Shown here piece by piece: positions 14,300-27,709 of a stretch of DNA of 64,000 nucleotides; within the stretch, counting starts at the first letter, position 1; every line of letters begins with the position of its first letter. The position numbers were made by a program, and so were the translations under genes. Source of the stretch: Eledone cirrhosa. Taxonomy: Eukaryota. The stretch lies in contig OZ024757.1 of NCBI GenBank assembly GCA_964016885.1, positions 1,984,001 to 2,048,000 on the forward strand, written 5' to 3'. Below the pieces are notes generated by a model. It searched no databases and was not told the DNA's origin. It was given only the letters and a program-made list of their open reading frames with translations.

Positions 14300-15030
14300 G
14301 GTAGAACACTGGAAGGTAATATCCGTAGTGGTAGAGCACTCAGTCATGGGACGGGTTAGGTAGAAGTGGTTACACAACAGTTAGTTCACCATACCGAGAA
14401 CAATTGTTTCACCTTAGCGGATCCTCAGCTCGTAATGGGGATGGTTATAGGAACAGGAAGGACAACTGTACGAACTCGCATGCGCAGAAACCGGTCACTT
14501 CACACAGGCAATACTAGACTGCGTGCGAGAGGTGTAAGGGAGATAACTGCGAAAGTCCGAAAAGTTTTTAGTTGATAAGAAAATTACAATGATTCAATCT
14601 GGAGCTTTGTAGTTATGCAATAGGTGTTTGGTGACGTGTGGACAACGTGTGAAAAATTCACTTCTCGTGTTTAGGCAATCACTATTGCATAATCTCTTTA
14701 GAATAGTTATTCGTTCGTCAATACATAGGACACACGTCGGCTTTCCCCTTGCGTATGGCTTTGACTTAGTGATGGCTTTCCATTGAATGGAGTATGCTAT
14801 ACTTGAGTCCTTGAGGGACCATACGTGGCTCGCAAATTTCGTGGATTAACGTCTGTCTGGGTACCTGAAGGTCGACTGGTGGTTCAGGAAACGTTCCTTA
14901 AATCGGCCCTCCGCCATGCCCACATAGGATTTGACCTCCAGTGGTTGGTTTGGTCGGTTGGAAGTTACCACAGCTTTATAAATTACATCTGGTGTATTGC
15001 ATTGCTGTTGAAGGGGGAAAGCTTCGGGCT
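14300..15030 (-). mobile_element. Penelope-like element 3' remnant (GIY-YIG endonuclease plus 3' non-coding repeat)
   Basis: VIYKAVVT...[21 protein letters not shown]...CVLCIDE...NTRSEFFTRCPH, with one stop. Confidence 0.85.
14395..14432 (-). ncRNA. Minimal type I hammerhead ribozyme (Penelope-associated)
   Basis: cgag CTGAGGA tcc-gctaa-ggt GAAA caattg TT ctcg; palindromic stem III; lies downstream of the GIY-YIG ORF. Confidence 0.75.
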
Positions 15031-15088
15031 TACATATATATATATACACATATATATATATACATATATATATATACATATATATATG

Positions 15089-15141
<53 letters not shown>

Positions 15142-15230
15142 GTGTGTGTATATATATATATATATATATGTGTGTGTATATATATATATATGTGTGTGTA
15201 TATATATATATATGTGTGTATATATATATA

Positions 15231-15261
<31 letters not shown>

Positions 15262-15294
15262 GTGTGTGTATATATATATATATATGTGTGTGTG

Positions 15295-15341
<47 letters not shown>

Positions 15342-15447
15342 GTACACATATATATTTATATATATGTACATATATATACATATATATATATATATACACG
15401 TATATATATATATTTATATATATACACATATATATATACATATATAA

Positions 15448-15479
<32 letters not shown>

Positions 15480-15481
<2 letters not shown>

Positions 15482-15760
15482 TAGAAAGTGAGGTTTTTTT
15501 TTACAAAATGAAAAATAACCGAGGTGTCCTACACAAGTGAAAGTATAAAGAAAAAAAGATGAAATCAAAAATACAACTGGAGTCTTATTTAAAAAAATAT
15601 ATATATATTTATTCTCATATGTGAGAAAAACCACAGACCCTCCATCTCAACTCTACTTTTGAAAAGCAGAAGAACTGCGAAACCGATAAAGGAACCAAAT
15701 AAATATATATATTTTTTTCAAAATAAGACTCCAGTTGCATTTTCGATTTCATCTTTTTTT

Positions 15761-15765
<5 letters not shown>
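15480..15765. mobile_element. Non-coding HHR-bearing repeat in partial inverted arrangement (family shared with 18368-18725)
   Basis: Inverted partial duplication in TA flanks; HHR motif at 15656-15691 (+): ctt TTGAAAA gcag-aagaa-ctgc GAAA ccga TA aag. Confidence 0.65.
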
Positions 15766-15798
<33 letters not shown>

Positions 15799-15800
<2 letters not shown>

Positions 15801-16131
15801 GGTGGCTGCCAACTCGTTTTCGAGTACGGCCACTACTTTATATCCATATAGGAGAACCCCTACCGATGCGCTGAACGAGTGTGACTTTTTAGTCCAGCCA
15901 GCGACTTGAAAACTCTGGTACAAACACTACACTTGTGACAATTATTGACACATAGTGCTGGGCCCATGGTACCATGTGACGACAAGTGCAGAGAGATCTC
16001 CAGATATAAAGCAATGCCTGTGCCGTGAAGCTTTTATAGTGAGCAAAGGTACTGCACAAAGCCAGTCCCACTCTCTTAACCAAGATGATATTCACCAAAA
16101 AGAACAAGTCAACATCATTGGATACCATCAA
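15799..16131 (-). mobile_element. Bipartite RTE-derived element, copy 3 (5'-truncated)
   Basis: Reverse complement of about 399-733. Confidence 0.7.
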
Positions 16132-16133
16132 TG

Positions 16134-16334
<201 letters not shown>

Positions 16335-16659
16335 TTATATATATATATATACACAGTTCAAGAGTAACCAATCTTAAAGAGAGAGATGGAGATAGGAGAG
16401 GAGAGATTGGTGAATTAGTTAGAAGCCAAAGCGTAAAGGCATGTGCTCAATGTGCAATATGCAGTGGAAAGCAGCTAGGTGGCTGGGTTCATGCAGAAGT
16501 TAGGCGCACAGAGCTGGAAGTATTCATTAGTTAAGCAAAACAAGACCACAAATTCCACAAGGAAGACATTATTAAAAGATTGTCAACATATTTTAGTTTA
16601 ATGTAAGGAATGTAGAGAATAATAATAATAATAATATTAATAATAATAATGCCCAGGTA

Positions 16660-18000
16660 ATAATAACCATAGGAAGGCCCCTACCAACTCCATTAGAACC
16701 CCTAGTAGGAATAGGCCTAGAAATATCACATGGCTTAACCCCCCATACTCATCTAATCTAGCCACTAATATCCCCAAATGCTTCTTCTCTATCCTATCTA
16801 CCCCCCCCCCCCCCCAACCATAGATATTACAAACTCTTTAATAAAAAAAACATTAAAATCTCATTCTCCACTACACCTAACCTAGCTAGCCACATCGTGT
16901 TCAGTAACCATCATAAACTAAGACAGTATAACTCCCACACCGCAGTACCACCACCCCTATCAAATACACCACGCCACTACACCAATACTTACTCTAGTAG
17001 CACACATCCTCCATCTAATCCTTCTAACACTGACCAACCGCTTAGGTTAAACAACCCTACTCTCACTAACCGCAGAGGTAACTGCAACTGCCATTACCCT
17101 AATGCATGCCCACTAAATGGACACTGCCAGACACCCAATATAGTTTATAGGTGCACGGTTAAAACTGCTTCGAATACCAGCTCCTATATCGGGTCTACCT
17201 CTAACCCTTTTAAGGTACGCTATAACGCGCACTCTTTTTCCTTCCGAGACCCTAACAACAGATGTTCGACATCTCTAGCTAGGCTCATTAAAAATTAACC
17301 AACATTGAACACTCACTAACATGGGATATCTTAGCTAGGGCCCAACCGTTCAATGGACGAAGAAAATCTTGTGATCTCTGTATTACCGAAGCATATTACA
17401 TAACGTTATCACGACCTCTACCGATTAACGATAGAACGGAGGTAACTATTAGCTGTCAACATCGAAGGTCTAATTCCTTCGCCAACAGAATATTTGACCC
17501 AACATAGTCATCTAGCCCCATTTTTACTTGTAACTAATAAGTTAAATAGCTATAACTAACTTAGATAATTATAAGTTACCTCCCTTACATTGTCTCTCAA
17601 TTAAAAAATTAGCACTTAACTATAAACTACCCACAATTTCTAATCTCTCAAGGAGTTACTTCCCCTGAAACCCCCCTCTAATTAGTAAGGTAAATATGTC
17701 CATTGGCGGCCATCTTGTTACCCATAAGCAGATCTCACACAATGCAGCCTCGACAGAAGAATACTGCTTGATTATGGAAGACAATTGATACACCCAGGAC
17801 ACCATAGTGAAATACCAATATATGGAACATTACATTATGTAACATTCTCTCCTTATTTTAATTTATACTCCTTTGAAGTTCCGATGAGCCGCTCTATCTT
17901 TAACTATGTTAATTATTTTCAACTGAACCAGATCAATAATGATATATAGTCATTTGATCCATAAATATTATATGGAGTAGCGAAACAATTGTAAACGGAC
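16660..18000 (+). mobile_element. Penelope-like element remnant (GIY-YIG) with 3' repeat
   Basis: RNITWLNPPYSSNLATNI; CNCHYPNACPLNGHCQTPNIVYRC...SYIGSTSNPFKVRYNAHSFSF; CDLCITE. Confidence 0.85.
17878..17996 (+). ncRNA. Hammerhead-like motif with long stem II and U4C core change
   Basis: gtt CCGATGA gccgctctat...atggagtagc GAAA caattg TA aac; at the 3' end of the Penelope remnant. Confidence 0.6.
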
Positions 18001-18019
18001 ATTATTATTAATAATATTA

Positions 18020-18240
18020 GTGGATTGGCAGTATCGGTAGAGGGTCGGACGTCATGCTTTGACGCATAGAGTTACGGCTCTTTCCAATCTGAGTTCAAAT
18101 CCCGCCGAGGTTAACTTTGCCTTTCATCCTTATGGGGTCGATAAAATAAAGTACCAGTCACGCACTGGGGTCAATTTAATCGACTTTCCTCTTCCCCCAA
18201 ATTACTGGCCTTGTGCCTGTATAAGAAACCGTTATTATTA
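18020..18240 (+). mobile_element. tRNA-related SINE (major family in this window)
   Basis: TGGCAGTATCGGTAG A-box, GAGTTCAAATCC B-box, body TTTGCCTTTCATCC...GGGGTCGATAAAATAAAGTACCAGT, (TTA)n tail. Confidence 0.85.
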
Positions 18241-18367
18241 TTATTATTCTCTACATTCCTTACATCAAACTAAAATATGTTGACAATCTTTTAATAATGT
18301 CTTCCTTGTGAAATTTGTGGTCTTGTTTTGCTTAACTAATGAATATATATATATATACATATATATA

Positions 18368-18725
18368 TATTAGAAAGTGAAGTTTTTTTTTACAAAATGA
18401 AAAATAACCGAGGTGTCCTACTCGAGTGAAAGTATAAAGAAAAAAAGATGAAATCGAAAATGCAACTGGAGTCTTATTTTAAAAAATATATATATATTTA
18501 TTTGGTTCCTTTACCGGTTTCGCAGTTCTTCTGCTTTTCAAAAGTAGAGTTGAGATGGAGGGTGTGGTTTTTCTCACATCTCTGAGAAAAACCACAGACC
18601 CTCCATCTCAACTCTACTTTTGAAAAGCAGAAGAACTGCGAAACCGATAAAGGAACCAAATAAATATATATATATTTTTAAAAATAAAACTCCAGTTGCA
18701 TTTTCGATTTCATCTTTTTTTCTTT
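18368..18725. mobile_element. Inverted pair of the HHR-bearing repeat (HHRs at 18509-18544 minus and 18617-18652 plus)
   Basis: Arms are reverse complements around ~18578. The minus copy reads ctt TTGAAAA gcag-aagaa-ctgc GAAA ccgg TA aag (U3-A8 core, ACCGGT palindrome). Confidence 0.7.
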
Positions 18726-19397
18726 ATATATATATATATATATTAACAAACGATGCAGCAACACACGCGCACACACACACAGTAGCATTCCACCATACGA
18801 ACATACTACACTGCCAATACAGAGGAACAAGGCAACAACACACGCACACACACTCAAGCGAAACAACACACGCACACACACAGTAACATTCACCAAATAG
18901 GCAGAGGATGGACTGACAGCTAGCGCCACCCCACTCCCACAATTGAAAGAACTACTTCGGCCGCTGACCTCTGCCTGACCGACCCCATTTCTCGCGCACG
19001 CGCGCTCTGCTGAATACCTCAGATATTCAAAACAACGAACAGCGGAGGACACGTTTCGCACCTTTCCGACAGACAACCTCCCCCCCCCCCCCCCTCGGAA
19101 AAAACCCAGTTGATGGATGTGAATCCGAAATATATGGGGACAATTAAATCTCTCCCAAGGTAACTCTTTCTCGTGTTGTTATTTTTATTTTTATCCTTTA
19201 CCCTCTTTCCTTCATTCCTCTACACGTTACAGTCTTATACACGCTACGCATCTCAACGTACACGCACTTACATCTCTCTCTCCGCCACCGGATCTTGTTA
19301 CCCGGAGATTTACCCATCTGCATTGTCGAGGCTTCCAAACGACTTAAAGAAATTTACCTTATTATTCCACAATGCTTCAAGCAAACTTCAATACTCT

Positions 19398-19450
<53 letters not shown>

Positions 19451-20669
19451 CATATATATAGTATAAAAAAACGAAAAATCAGTGATGCATCTAGACTCAG
19501 TTTATTGCGTGTTACAATTGTTTCGCCGGCAGGTAGCTCGAGACATGATCACTGTATGGATCTGGCTGATTCTACGGCTGCATCTTCTTTCGGACACATG
19601 CAATTCTTACGGATCAAATTTTCTCACTGGGGTGTCACGGTAAAAAAAACACCTTCAAAAAACATCTTCCACTCTTGTCATGCCATTGGGTGTTGTTTTT
19701 CTACGTCATCATACGTTCTCGTCACTATTTACTGCTCCACTGGCCATCAGCCATTTTTCGTCCGACACACTTCAATGGAGCCATGCTGGGTATAGTATCT
19801 CACACGTCTGTTCACACTCCCGAGTATGTACCCACATACACACACACACACATACACACGCACAGGCACACACACATGCATGCATACACATATGTACGCA
19901 TACATGTGTAGACACACATACCCCCATGCACATATATACACACACACACTCTCCCTCTCTTACACATACCTAAGCACACCCACACCATATACCGACCACC
20001 ACCTGCCTATTGGCGCCTGCCTAAACAGCCCCTTACATCCGGTCTCACACGCACACACGCGTAGACACACACGCACACTCATACAAAGACACATATCGGC
20101 GTTCGGGCACATCTGCACATATATACACAAACACTCTCAGACACATACATAGACACACATACACGCATATACTTATGGATAGGCATCAAGGACAGACACA
20201 CTTCCAAAGACATAAGCACACATACACACACCTATACATATATCTACACACAAGTACATGTACCCGCATATAAACACATAGACAAACCCTGTCCTATGTG
20301 GGTGTACGTACGCACCCCCAACCCTACACCCCCACTGACAGATACATACACCATAAATATATATGTGTGTGTACATAGACACACACACATATACACACGC
20401 ATGCAGACACATACGCATATACATATATGTATAGGCACACATATATACACATACATGTATATACACACATACACATACATACTTATACACACATATGTCT
20501 ATATGTGTACACACACACAAACATACACACACATACGCATACACATATACCTACGCCGCGTATGCTTATATACATATATATATATATACATACACATACA
20601 TACACATAAATACATACACACACACATACAGACACATATATAAAACTCTACATGCATACGCATACCCAC

Positions 20670-20752
<83 letters not shown>

Positions 20753-21455
20753 CGCACACGGACACCCACATACACACACATGCTTACACACACAAGCTTG
20801 CACATATACATAAATGAACAAAACCGTAAAATAAATATACAATATACAATAAAAATACAATATACAATAAAATAACAATATAGTATACAATATAATATAT
20901 ATACCTAATATATATATAATGGATATATAAAATAATACATAATAAAATAATACATAATAAAATGAATATATAATCCATTCGTACACATTCCTGTGAGATG
21001 TACACACACACACATATATATAGACCTATATATACATACATACATACACATACATACATACGCACCCACATACACCCACCCACATATGTACACACATGTA
21101 CATGCATGCACACACACACACACGTATAAACTCACGCATATACGTACACATGCCCCCCCCCCCTCACACACACGTATCTCTCTCTCTCTCTACACACACA
21201 CACACACTTACATATACCTACGCACAGGTCTACACATAAACACATAAAAACGATAAGATAAGAAAATAAAATAAATTTACAATATGTTAAAATACATTAA
21301 AATCTGTATATAACTTCACAAAGAGATAAATAAAAAGGGGGGAGGTAAAGGAGAAGGTACGTGTATTCATGTGATATACTACACACAGGTAGTATGAGAT
21401 GCACACTTAGGGCCGTGTATGGAACAAGCAGCAATAACAAAACAATAGTATCAAT

Positions 21456-21645
21456 AATAATTGTTTCTACTTTAGGCACAAGGCCAGCAATTACCCAGTA
21501 CATTACTGGTACTTTATTTTATCGACCCCGTAAGGATGAAAGGCAAAGTTAACCTCGGCGGGATTTGAACTCAGACTGTAAAGAGACGTAACTATGCTAG
21601 AAAGCATGGCGTCCGACCCTCTACCGATACTGCCAATCCACCGCC
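21456..21645 (-). mobile_element. tRNA-related SINE with target-site duplication
   Basis: Same family as 18020; ATAGTATCAATAATAAT on both sides. Confidence 0.88.
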
Positions 21646-22682
21646 CCAGTATAGTATCAATAATAATAATTGTTCAAAAGTGGAACATGTGGAGAGTATA
21701 TATTCACGATTGACGTGGTACACATTCATGGGGACGCTTGGCCCGGTCACCTTAGGGTATGCCACTGTGGTTGGGGTGTGCTGTTCTATATGTTTGGGGT
21801 ATTTGACTGGACGACCGTGGACTCCGTGTTAGTCGGTCCCGGCATAGGCGATGTACCTGCCCAATGTTGCGTGCTCGGTCCGGTGTGCACCTGGTTTATT
21901 TAGGTTTGCCACACGGGGCGTACAATGTCATCAGGGTATGGTGTCAGGTCCCTTAATCCCGTTGGGCCGCTCGTGTCTGTGCGTACTCCGTCCCATGCCC
22001 TTGGCCTGTGCTACCCGGAGGATTCCATGCTGCAAATGTAGAACTATAGACGGTCACAATTAGTGTGAGTGGGTACACACACACACCGATGGATGTTACA
22101 ATTCAATCTATACACGTATAATGGAACACTGAACTGAATTTACTTGCTTGTGTCTGTGTGTGTGTGTGTATGGAGCTGTGGTTGACCCAATATTTCCAAT
22201 TTGCATCGTCAAATTGAGATTTAACCAATGTAGCATTTGTTGTTTTGTAAACTAACTTTTCGGTGAATGCTATGTTGGTATATTCTTATATTTATTGTTT
22301 TTTCTTTGACATCGCTTCGGTGTGTGTGTACCCACTCACACTAATTGTGACCGTCTATAGTTCTACAGATTTGATACTGTGTTGATGTGTGTATATATTT
22401 ATATATATTTTTTCTTTGACTTCGAGTCGGTGTGTGTGGGTGTTAAGTGTGTGTGTACCCATTCACATTAACTGTGACCGACTGTATTTCTATAAATTTG
22501 ATTGATGTCCAGCGTCTTTTGCAGCTATTGGGATATAGAAATTTGATTGTTTTATTACCTTAACTGAAGTTGATAGCAGTCGCCGCATTTAGACTGCTTG
22601 ATTTTCATATGAGGGAATAAACTCTGTGAGTGAATATTGCTAATTTTCTCCCTCATATCAAGAATTTGAAGACAATTCATTT

Positions 22683-22756
22683 TCACCTGATGAGATCAGT
22701 GATAATTGATCATGGCTTCACGATCGATCTATCTCTTATTGAAACATGTGTCGTGA
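22683..22756 (+). ncRNA. Type I hammerhead ribozyme motif
   Basis: tcac CTGATGA gat...att GAAA catgtg TC gtga; stem III is one transition from the palindrome ACACGTGT. Confidence 0.65.
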
Positions 22757-22799
22757 TTAAAATGATTGGAAATTTTACCTTGCCATCGGATTTTCATTT

Positions 22800-22827
<28 letters not shown>

Positions 22828-22834
<7 letters not shown>

Positions 22835-23240
22835 TATGTATACGTACATACATATATGTATACAGACGTACAGTAGTATGTATATATATATATACATACA
22901 TGCACTCATATATATATATGTACATATGGATTCACCGAACATTTATTATAATGCTCGGTGTGTCTGTAAACAAACATCCCGAATTAAGCTGTACAGTGTC
23001 TAGCAACTAGACACTGTACAGCTTAATTCGGGATGTTTGTTTACAGACACACCGAGCATTATAATAAATGTTCGGTGAATCCATATGTACATATATATAT
23101 ATGAGTGCATGTATGTATATATATATATACATACTACTGTACGTCTGTATACATATATGTATGTACGTATACATACTTATATTTAAGTAACAGCCGTACT
23201 AAGAGTGAGAAATGAAATTTCGTTTCATTTTTTTCCGTTT
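22828..23240. repeat. ~350-bp palindrome made of two opposed fragments of the 468-bp HHR element family
   Basis: Mirror centre GTACAGTGTCTAG-CAA-CTAGACACTGTAC near 23005; arms match 3385-3516, 29752-30250 and 44131-44990. Confidence 0.85.
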
Positions 23241-23451
23241 ATTTATATATATATATGAAAACAGGGAGAAAGAGACGATTTTAGGAAGAAAAAAATTTTT
23301 TTTTCCCTTTTTATCTCTCTCTCTTTTTTTTCTGGGTTAGAAAATGATTAAAACGAAATATTTTACTTTGTGTGAAGTGTTAAGGTATTAGTTGATTTAT
23401 TTATTAATTAACAATGGCATTTATTTATCTATTTATATATCTAATAATTGT

Positions 23452-23490
23452 CTATTACCGGTTTCAGCATTTTTATGTATTATCAAATAA
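23452..23490 (-). ncRNA. Minimal hammerhead motif, U3-A8 variant, weak stem II
   Basis: ttat TTGATAA tacat-aaaa-atgct GAAA ccgg TA atag; about 400 bp downstream of the GIY-YIG remnant on the same strand. Confidence 0.55.
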
Positions 23491-23869
23491 TAGTGATATG
23501 TATTGGTGTAGAATGGTGGTGTTGCACATGTTAAAGAAATGGTGCAGAAAGAATAATGTTATTTACAAACAAGGTTCACGAAGGAAAAAGAAAAAAAGGA
23601 GCGTAATGTGGAGCATAAAAAGTCAATGTGAAAGAAAAAAATAATGTTATTTACAGGCATAGTTCTTGAAGTTAAGCAGATCAAAATGTGTTAATATAGC
23701 AAGGGTTCTTAATTGATCCTTGATGGAGGCAAATGGTGGACTGGAGTTTGATATGATTTCCCTTTTTAGAGAGTTAATATGCAGGATGATATTTAATTTA
23801 TTTAAGAAAAAGGATTAGGTAGGGTATGAGGGAGGTAACTCTTGTAAATGTTTGATTGTTTGTTCCAGT

Positions 23870-24700
23870 TTTAGTTTGGTCCGAAGTTTAGTGCATTAAG
23901 TAGGGGTTGGAATTTGTTAATGAAATATGTTTCCTTATTGGTACGATGGATGAAAGTAGCGTTGTCTATGAATTTGTAAATGGGGAAAATTTTAAAGTTT
24001 GGATGTTGGTTGGGTGCACAATTGGCGATATGTTCACTAAAAGCAATCTTTCTGTATTCCTGTATTTTGATTTGTGATTTATGGACGGTTATACGTTGTG
24101 GAGGCTGTTTTTTGTCTCTCCTCTTGAAAACCTGAGCAGGTCAAAACATAGATTAGGTTTTCAGATGCACATGTAAAGTTGTGTTTAACTGTGAAATGTT
24201 GTCCTTGTTTAAAATGGAATGTTGAACCTTCTATAAGATTTATGCATATGCCACAGTTGGACCTTCCGCATTTTGTTACTGTAGGGTTCATTGTGAGGGT
24301 TTGTTGGATTTTGGCTTGTGTGAGGATGTTTTTTATGGATTTAGATAAATACACATGCTACATATTTCAGATAAATACACATACTACACACGACTAGAAG
24401 AATTAAAAAACACACTTATCAGGAGAAACTACCCACCATCCCTAATAAACAATGGATTCCAACGTACCCTAAAACTCGACATCCAGGAACTCAGACACCC
24501 CAAACCCAGGAATGAACCGCAACAGAAAACTCTACCATACATCTCCACACACAGCCCCCTCAACAATGGCATTCGACAGCATCCTCCAGAACATTCCTTT
24601 ACTAAAAAGAGACCCAAGAATGAACAAAATCCTCCAAACACACAACATCATAAAGAGTAAAAGACAACCTAAATCCATAAAAAACATCCTCACACAATAT
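23870..24700. mobile_element. Penelope-like element remnant with 5' inversion
   Basis: Minus part: KCGRSNCGICINL...FTCASENLIYVLTCSG...SEHIANC...KETYFINKFQPLLN. Plus part (24355-24697): RLEELKNTLIRRNYPPSLI...LPYISTHSP. The KSIKNILTQ segment is present on both arms. Confidence 0.8.
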
Positions 24701-24786
24701 ATATTTTTCTTCCTAATAATTGTCTCTTTCTCCCTGTTTTCATATATATATGTCCTAACTCGTGTGCTTCCTCTCCACATTTTATT

Positions 24787-24818
<32 letters not shown>

Positions 24819-24821
24819 AAC

Positions 24822-27066
24822 CCTTCTTCTTCAGCAGAGGAAGCAGCTCCCTAAACTTCTTCCAACCCGTCCTTATTCTAGATACTATGGCCTCAGAACA
24901 CCCATCCCATGCTAATCTGATCTCCTAGGTACCGGAAGCTATCCACCACTTCTATAGTACCCGCCTGCATTTGAAAAAATGTGTCTATCAATGCGACTTC
25001 TACTGTCTAATTTCCCTGTACATCTACTGCATACGTATTTCTCCCTACCTGTTAGTTTGCCTGCTATCCCGCTACATCTCTTGTGTACCCAGGATCTGCA
25101 TTGTGTGCATTTTATAGAATTTATGCCAGATCCTTTTCTGCATAGCGAACATGGCCATTTCCTTGGCGGAATCAGAGTTTTGTCCTCTTTTCTACTCATC
25201 AACACTTTTGTCTTAGCTAGGTTCACTCTCAATCCTCTTGATTCCAACTGCTGTTTCCATAGCCAGAATTTATTCTCTAGCTCCCCTACTGATTCTGCTA
25301 TAAGAACCAGATCGTCAGCATAGAGAGGTTCCCATGGACAGCCAGTCTTAAACTCCTCTGTTATGGCTTGGAGGACTATAATGAACAAGAGCGGGCTGAG
25401 GACCGAACCTTGATGTACTCCTACTTGTACTTGGAATTCCTCACTAAACTCCATTCCTACTCTGACTTTACTGAGAGTACCTCTGTACAAAGTTTGCACT
25501 GTCCTCACAAGCCATTCCTCAACACCTAGTTTCCTTAGGGACCACCAGATGACAGATCGGGGTACCCTATCGAAGGCCTTCTCTAGGTCAACAAAGGCTA
25601 AGTATAGTGGCTTATTTTTCTCTAAGAACCTCTCTTGTAATTGTCTCACCAAGAAGAGGACATCTGTTGTACTCTTCCCAGGCACAAAACCAAATTGCAT
25701 CTCATCTAGTTTGACCCTTTCTCTAATTAGTTGTGCTAATATCCTTTCTGACACTTTCATAACCTGATCCATCAGTTTTATACCCCTATAATTGCTCCTC
25801 TCCAGAGCATCCCCCTTACCTTTGTGGCAAAGAAGAGAAAGACTGCTTTTACGAGCAACTTTTACAAACAACCGCAATGACAGAGGACGGAGACATCGTT
25901 ATGCTAGCAGGGGACTTCAATGGTCATGTTAGACAGCTCCAGGATGGTTACACTGGGGTACATGGTGGGCACGGTTACGGCTCAAGAAATAAAGAAGGAG
26001 TGAGACTTCTTGAATTTTGTGATGCAAGTACACTGACTATTTGCAACACTAACTTCCAGAAACCTGCCAACCACCTAATAACCTACAAATCTGGCGAGCA
26101 CATAAGCCAGATTGACTTCTTACTAGTAAGATAGAGGGACAGGCAGATAGTGTCTAATACCAAGGCATACTCTGGGGAAGAATGTACCCCACAGCACAGG
26201 TTAGTCGTTAGTGATATCTCAGTAAGCAAGAGATGGAATGAGACATACAGGTAGGTGTGGAGAAGAAAGGTCTGGAAGCTAAAAGACCTTTCACTAAAAT
26301 ACAAATTTAGGAAAGCTCTTCAGGATGTGTATGACGAAAAAGAAGAGGATTTAGAGACGTATGACATAGATAATAACTGGAATTTCTTACGTGACAACTT
26401 GCTGCAGGCTACTGATGAAACCTGTCTGGAGCAGAGCTCCAACCAGACAGAGAGTGACCTGGTGGTGGAACAGCACAGTAGATAAGGCCATTAGAGACAA
26501 AAGACTAGCATGGCAGGCTTGGGAAAAGGGTGGGAGTAGGGAAGAATATACAGCCACTAAGAGAGAAGCTAGACATCAGGTGTACTTAGCACGCAGGGAG
26601 GCAGAGAGTAGTAGGTTTGCCAATGTTCTGCGATGGGAAGATCAGAGGTGTGCAGTATTCCACATTGCAAGGCAGTGTATCAATGCAATCAGGTTGTTGT
26701 TGGAGATAAATGTGTCTGGAATGATGCCGGTGTACTTAGTGTCACGAATGATCAGAAAAAGGATGCCTGGAAATGTCATTATGAGAGACTGATGAATGTG
26801 GAGAACGAATGGGAGTGAGAGAAATTACCGTCAGTAGATCCGACAGAGGGACCAGCTATTGAGATTGACGAATTAAGGAAATGAAAAATGGTAAGGCTGC
26901 TGGACCATCGGGGATAGTTGCAGAAACATGGGCGGAGGTGGTGAGAACAGACTTCAGATCGCTGAAGCTCACGGTGGAGATGACGAAGCACCGTGACGAG
27001 TGGAGAGATGCTGTGCTGAATAAGACCCGTCCCACCCTTGCAAGCAAGGAAAAGTAGACGTAAAAT
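24822..27066. mobile_element. Rearranged RTE LINE (second subfamily): RT on minus 24822-25826, endonuclease/pre-RT on plus 25827-26925, 3' end to 27066
   Basis: Minus: [21 protein letters not shown]. Plus: GDFNGH, SQIDF, VTWWWN. The 3' end runs into an ATGATG tail. Confidence 0.85.
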
Positions 27067-27662
27067 GATGGTGATGGTGGTGGTAGTGGTGGTGGTAGTG
27101 GCGGTGATGGTGGTAGTGGTGGTGATGGTGTTGGTAGTGGTGGTGGTGCTGGTAGTGGTGATGGTGGTGGTGGTGGTGGTAGTGGTAGTGGTGGTAGTGG
27201 TGGTGGTAGTAGCGGTGATGGTGGTGATGGTGGTGGTGGTAGTGGTGATGGTGGTGGTAATGGTGTTGGTAGTGGTGTGGTGGTGGTGATGGTGGTAGTG
27301 GTAGTGGTTGTGGTGGTAGTGGTGATGGTGGTGGTAGTGGTGGTGTTGCTAGTGGTGATGGTGGTGGTGGTGATGGTGGTGGTAGTGGTGGTGGTGGTAG
27401 TGGTGGTGGTGGTGTTGGTAGTGGTGATGGTGGTGGTAGTGGTGATGGTGATGGTGATGGTAGTGGTGATGGTGTTGGTAGGGGTGATGGTGGTGGTAGT
27501 GATGATGGTGGTGGTAGTGATGGTGTAGTGGTGGTGGTGGTAGTGATGGTGGTGGTGGTGGTGTTGGTAGTGATGGTGGTAGTGGTGATGATGGTAGGGG
27601 TGATGGTGGTAATGGTGGTGGTTGTGATTATGGTGGTAGTGGTGGTGGTGGTGGTGGTGGTG
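27067..27662. repeat. Degenerate (GGT/AGT/GAT)n trinucleotide repeat
   Basis: Seen directly; gives the poly-T/H/P/V pseudo-ORFs. Confidence 0.95.
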
Positions 27663-27709
27663 AAGAAGAAAACACACATGGTATATTTCTATGGTTTATT
27701 ATGAAATCT

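Noticed and set aside
19104-19139. Hammerhead-like CAGTTGA...ggat-gtga-atcc GAAA tataTG
   Set aside because: Two core substitutions and G at the cleavage position; at most a dead relic, not counted.
21920-21940. CTGATGA on the minus strand in a GC-richer stretch
   Set aside because: No matching GAAA, stem III or stem I partner found.
26856-27679. Poly-His/Thr/Pro mucin-like ORFs
   Set aside because: Trinucleotide repeat open in several frames on both strands.
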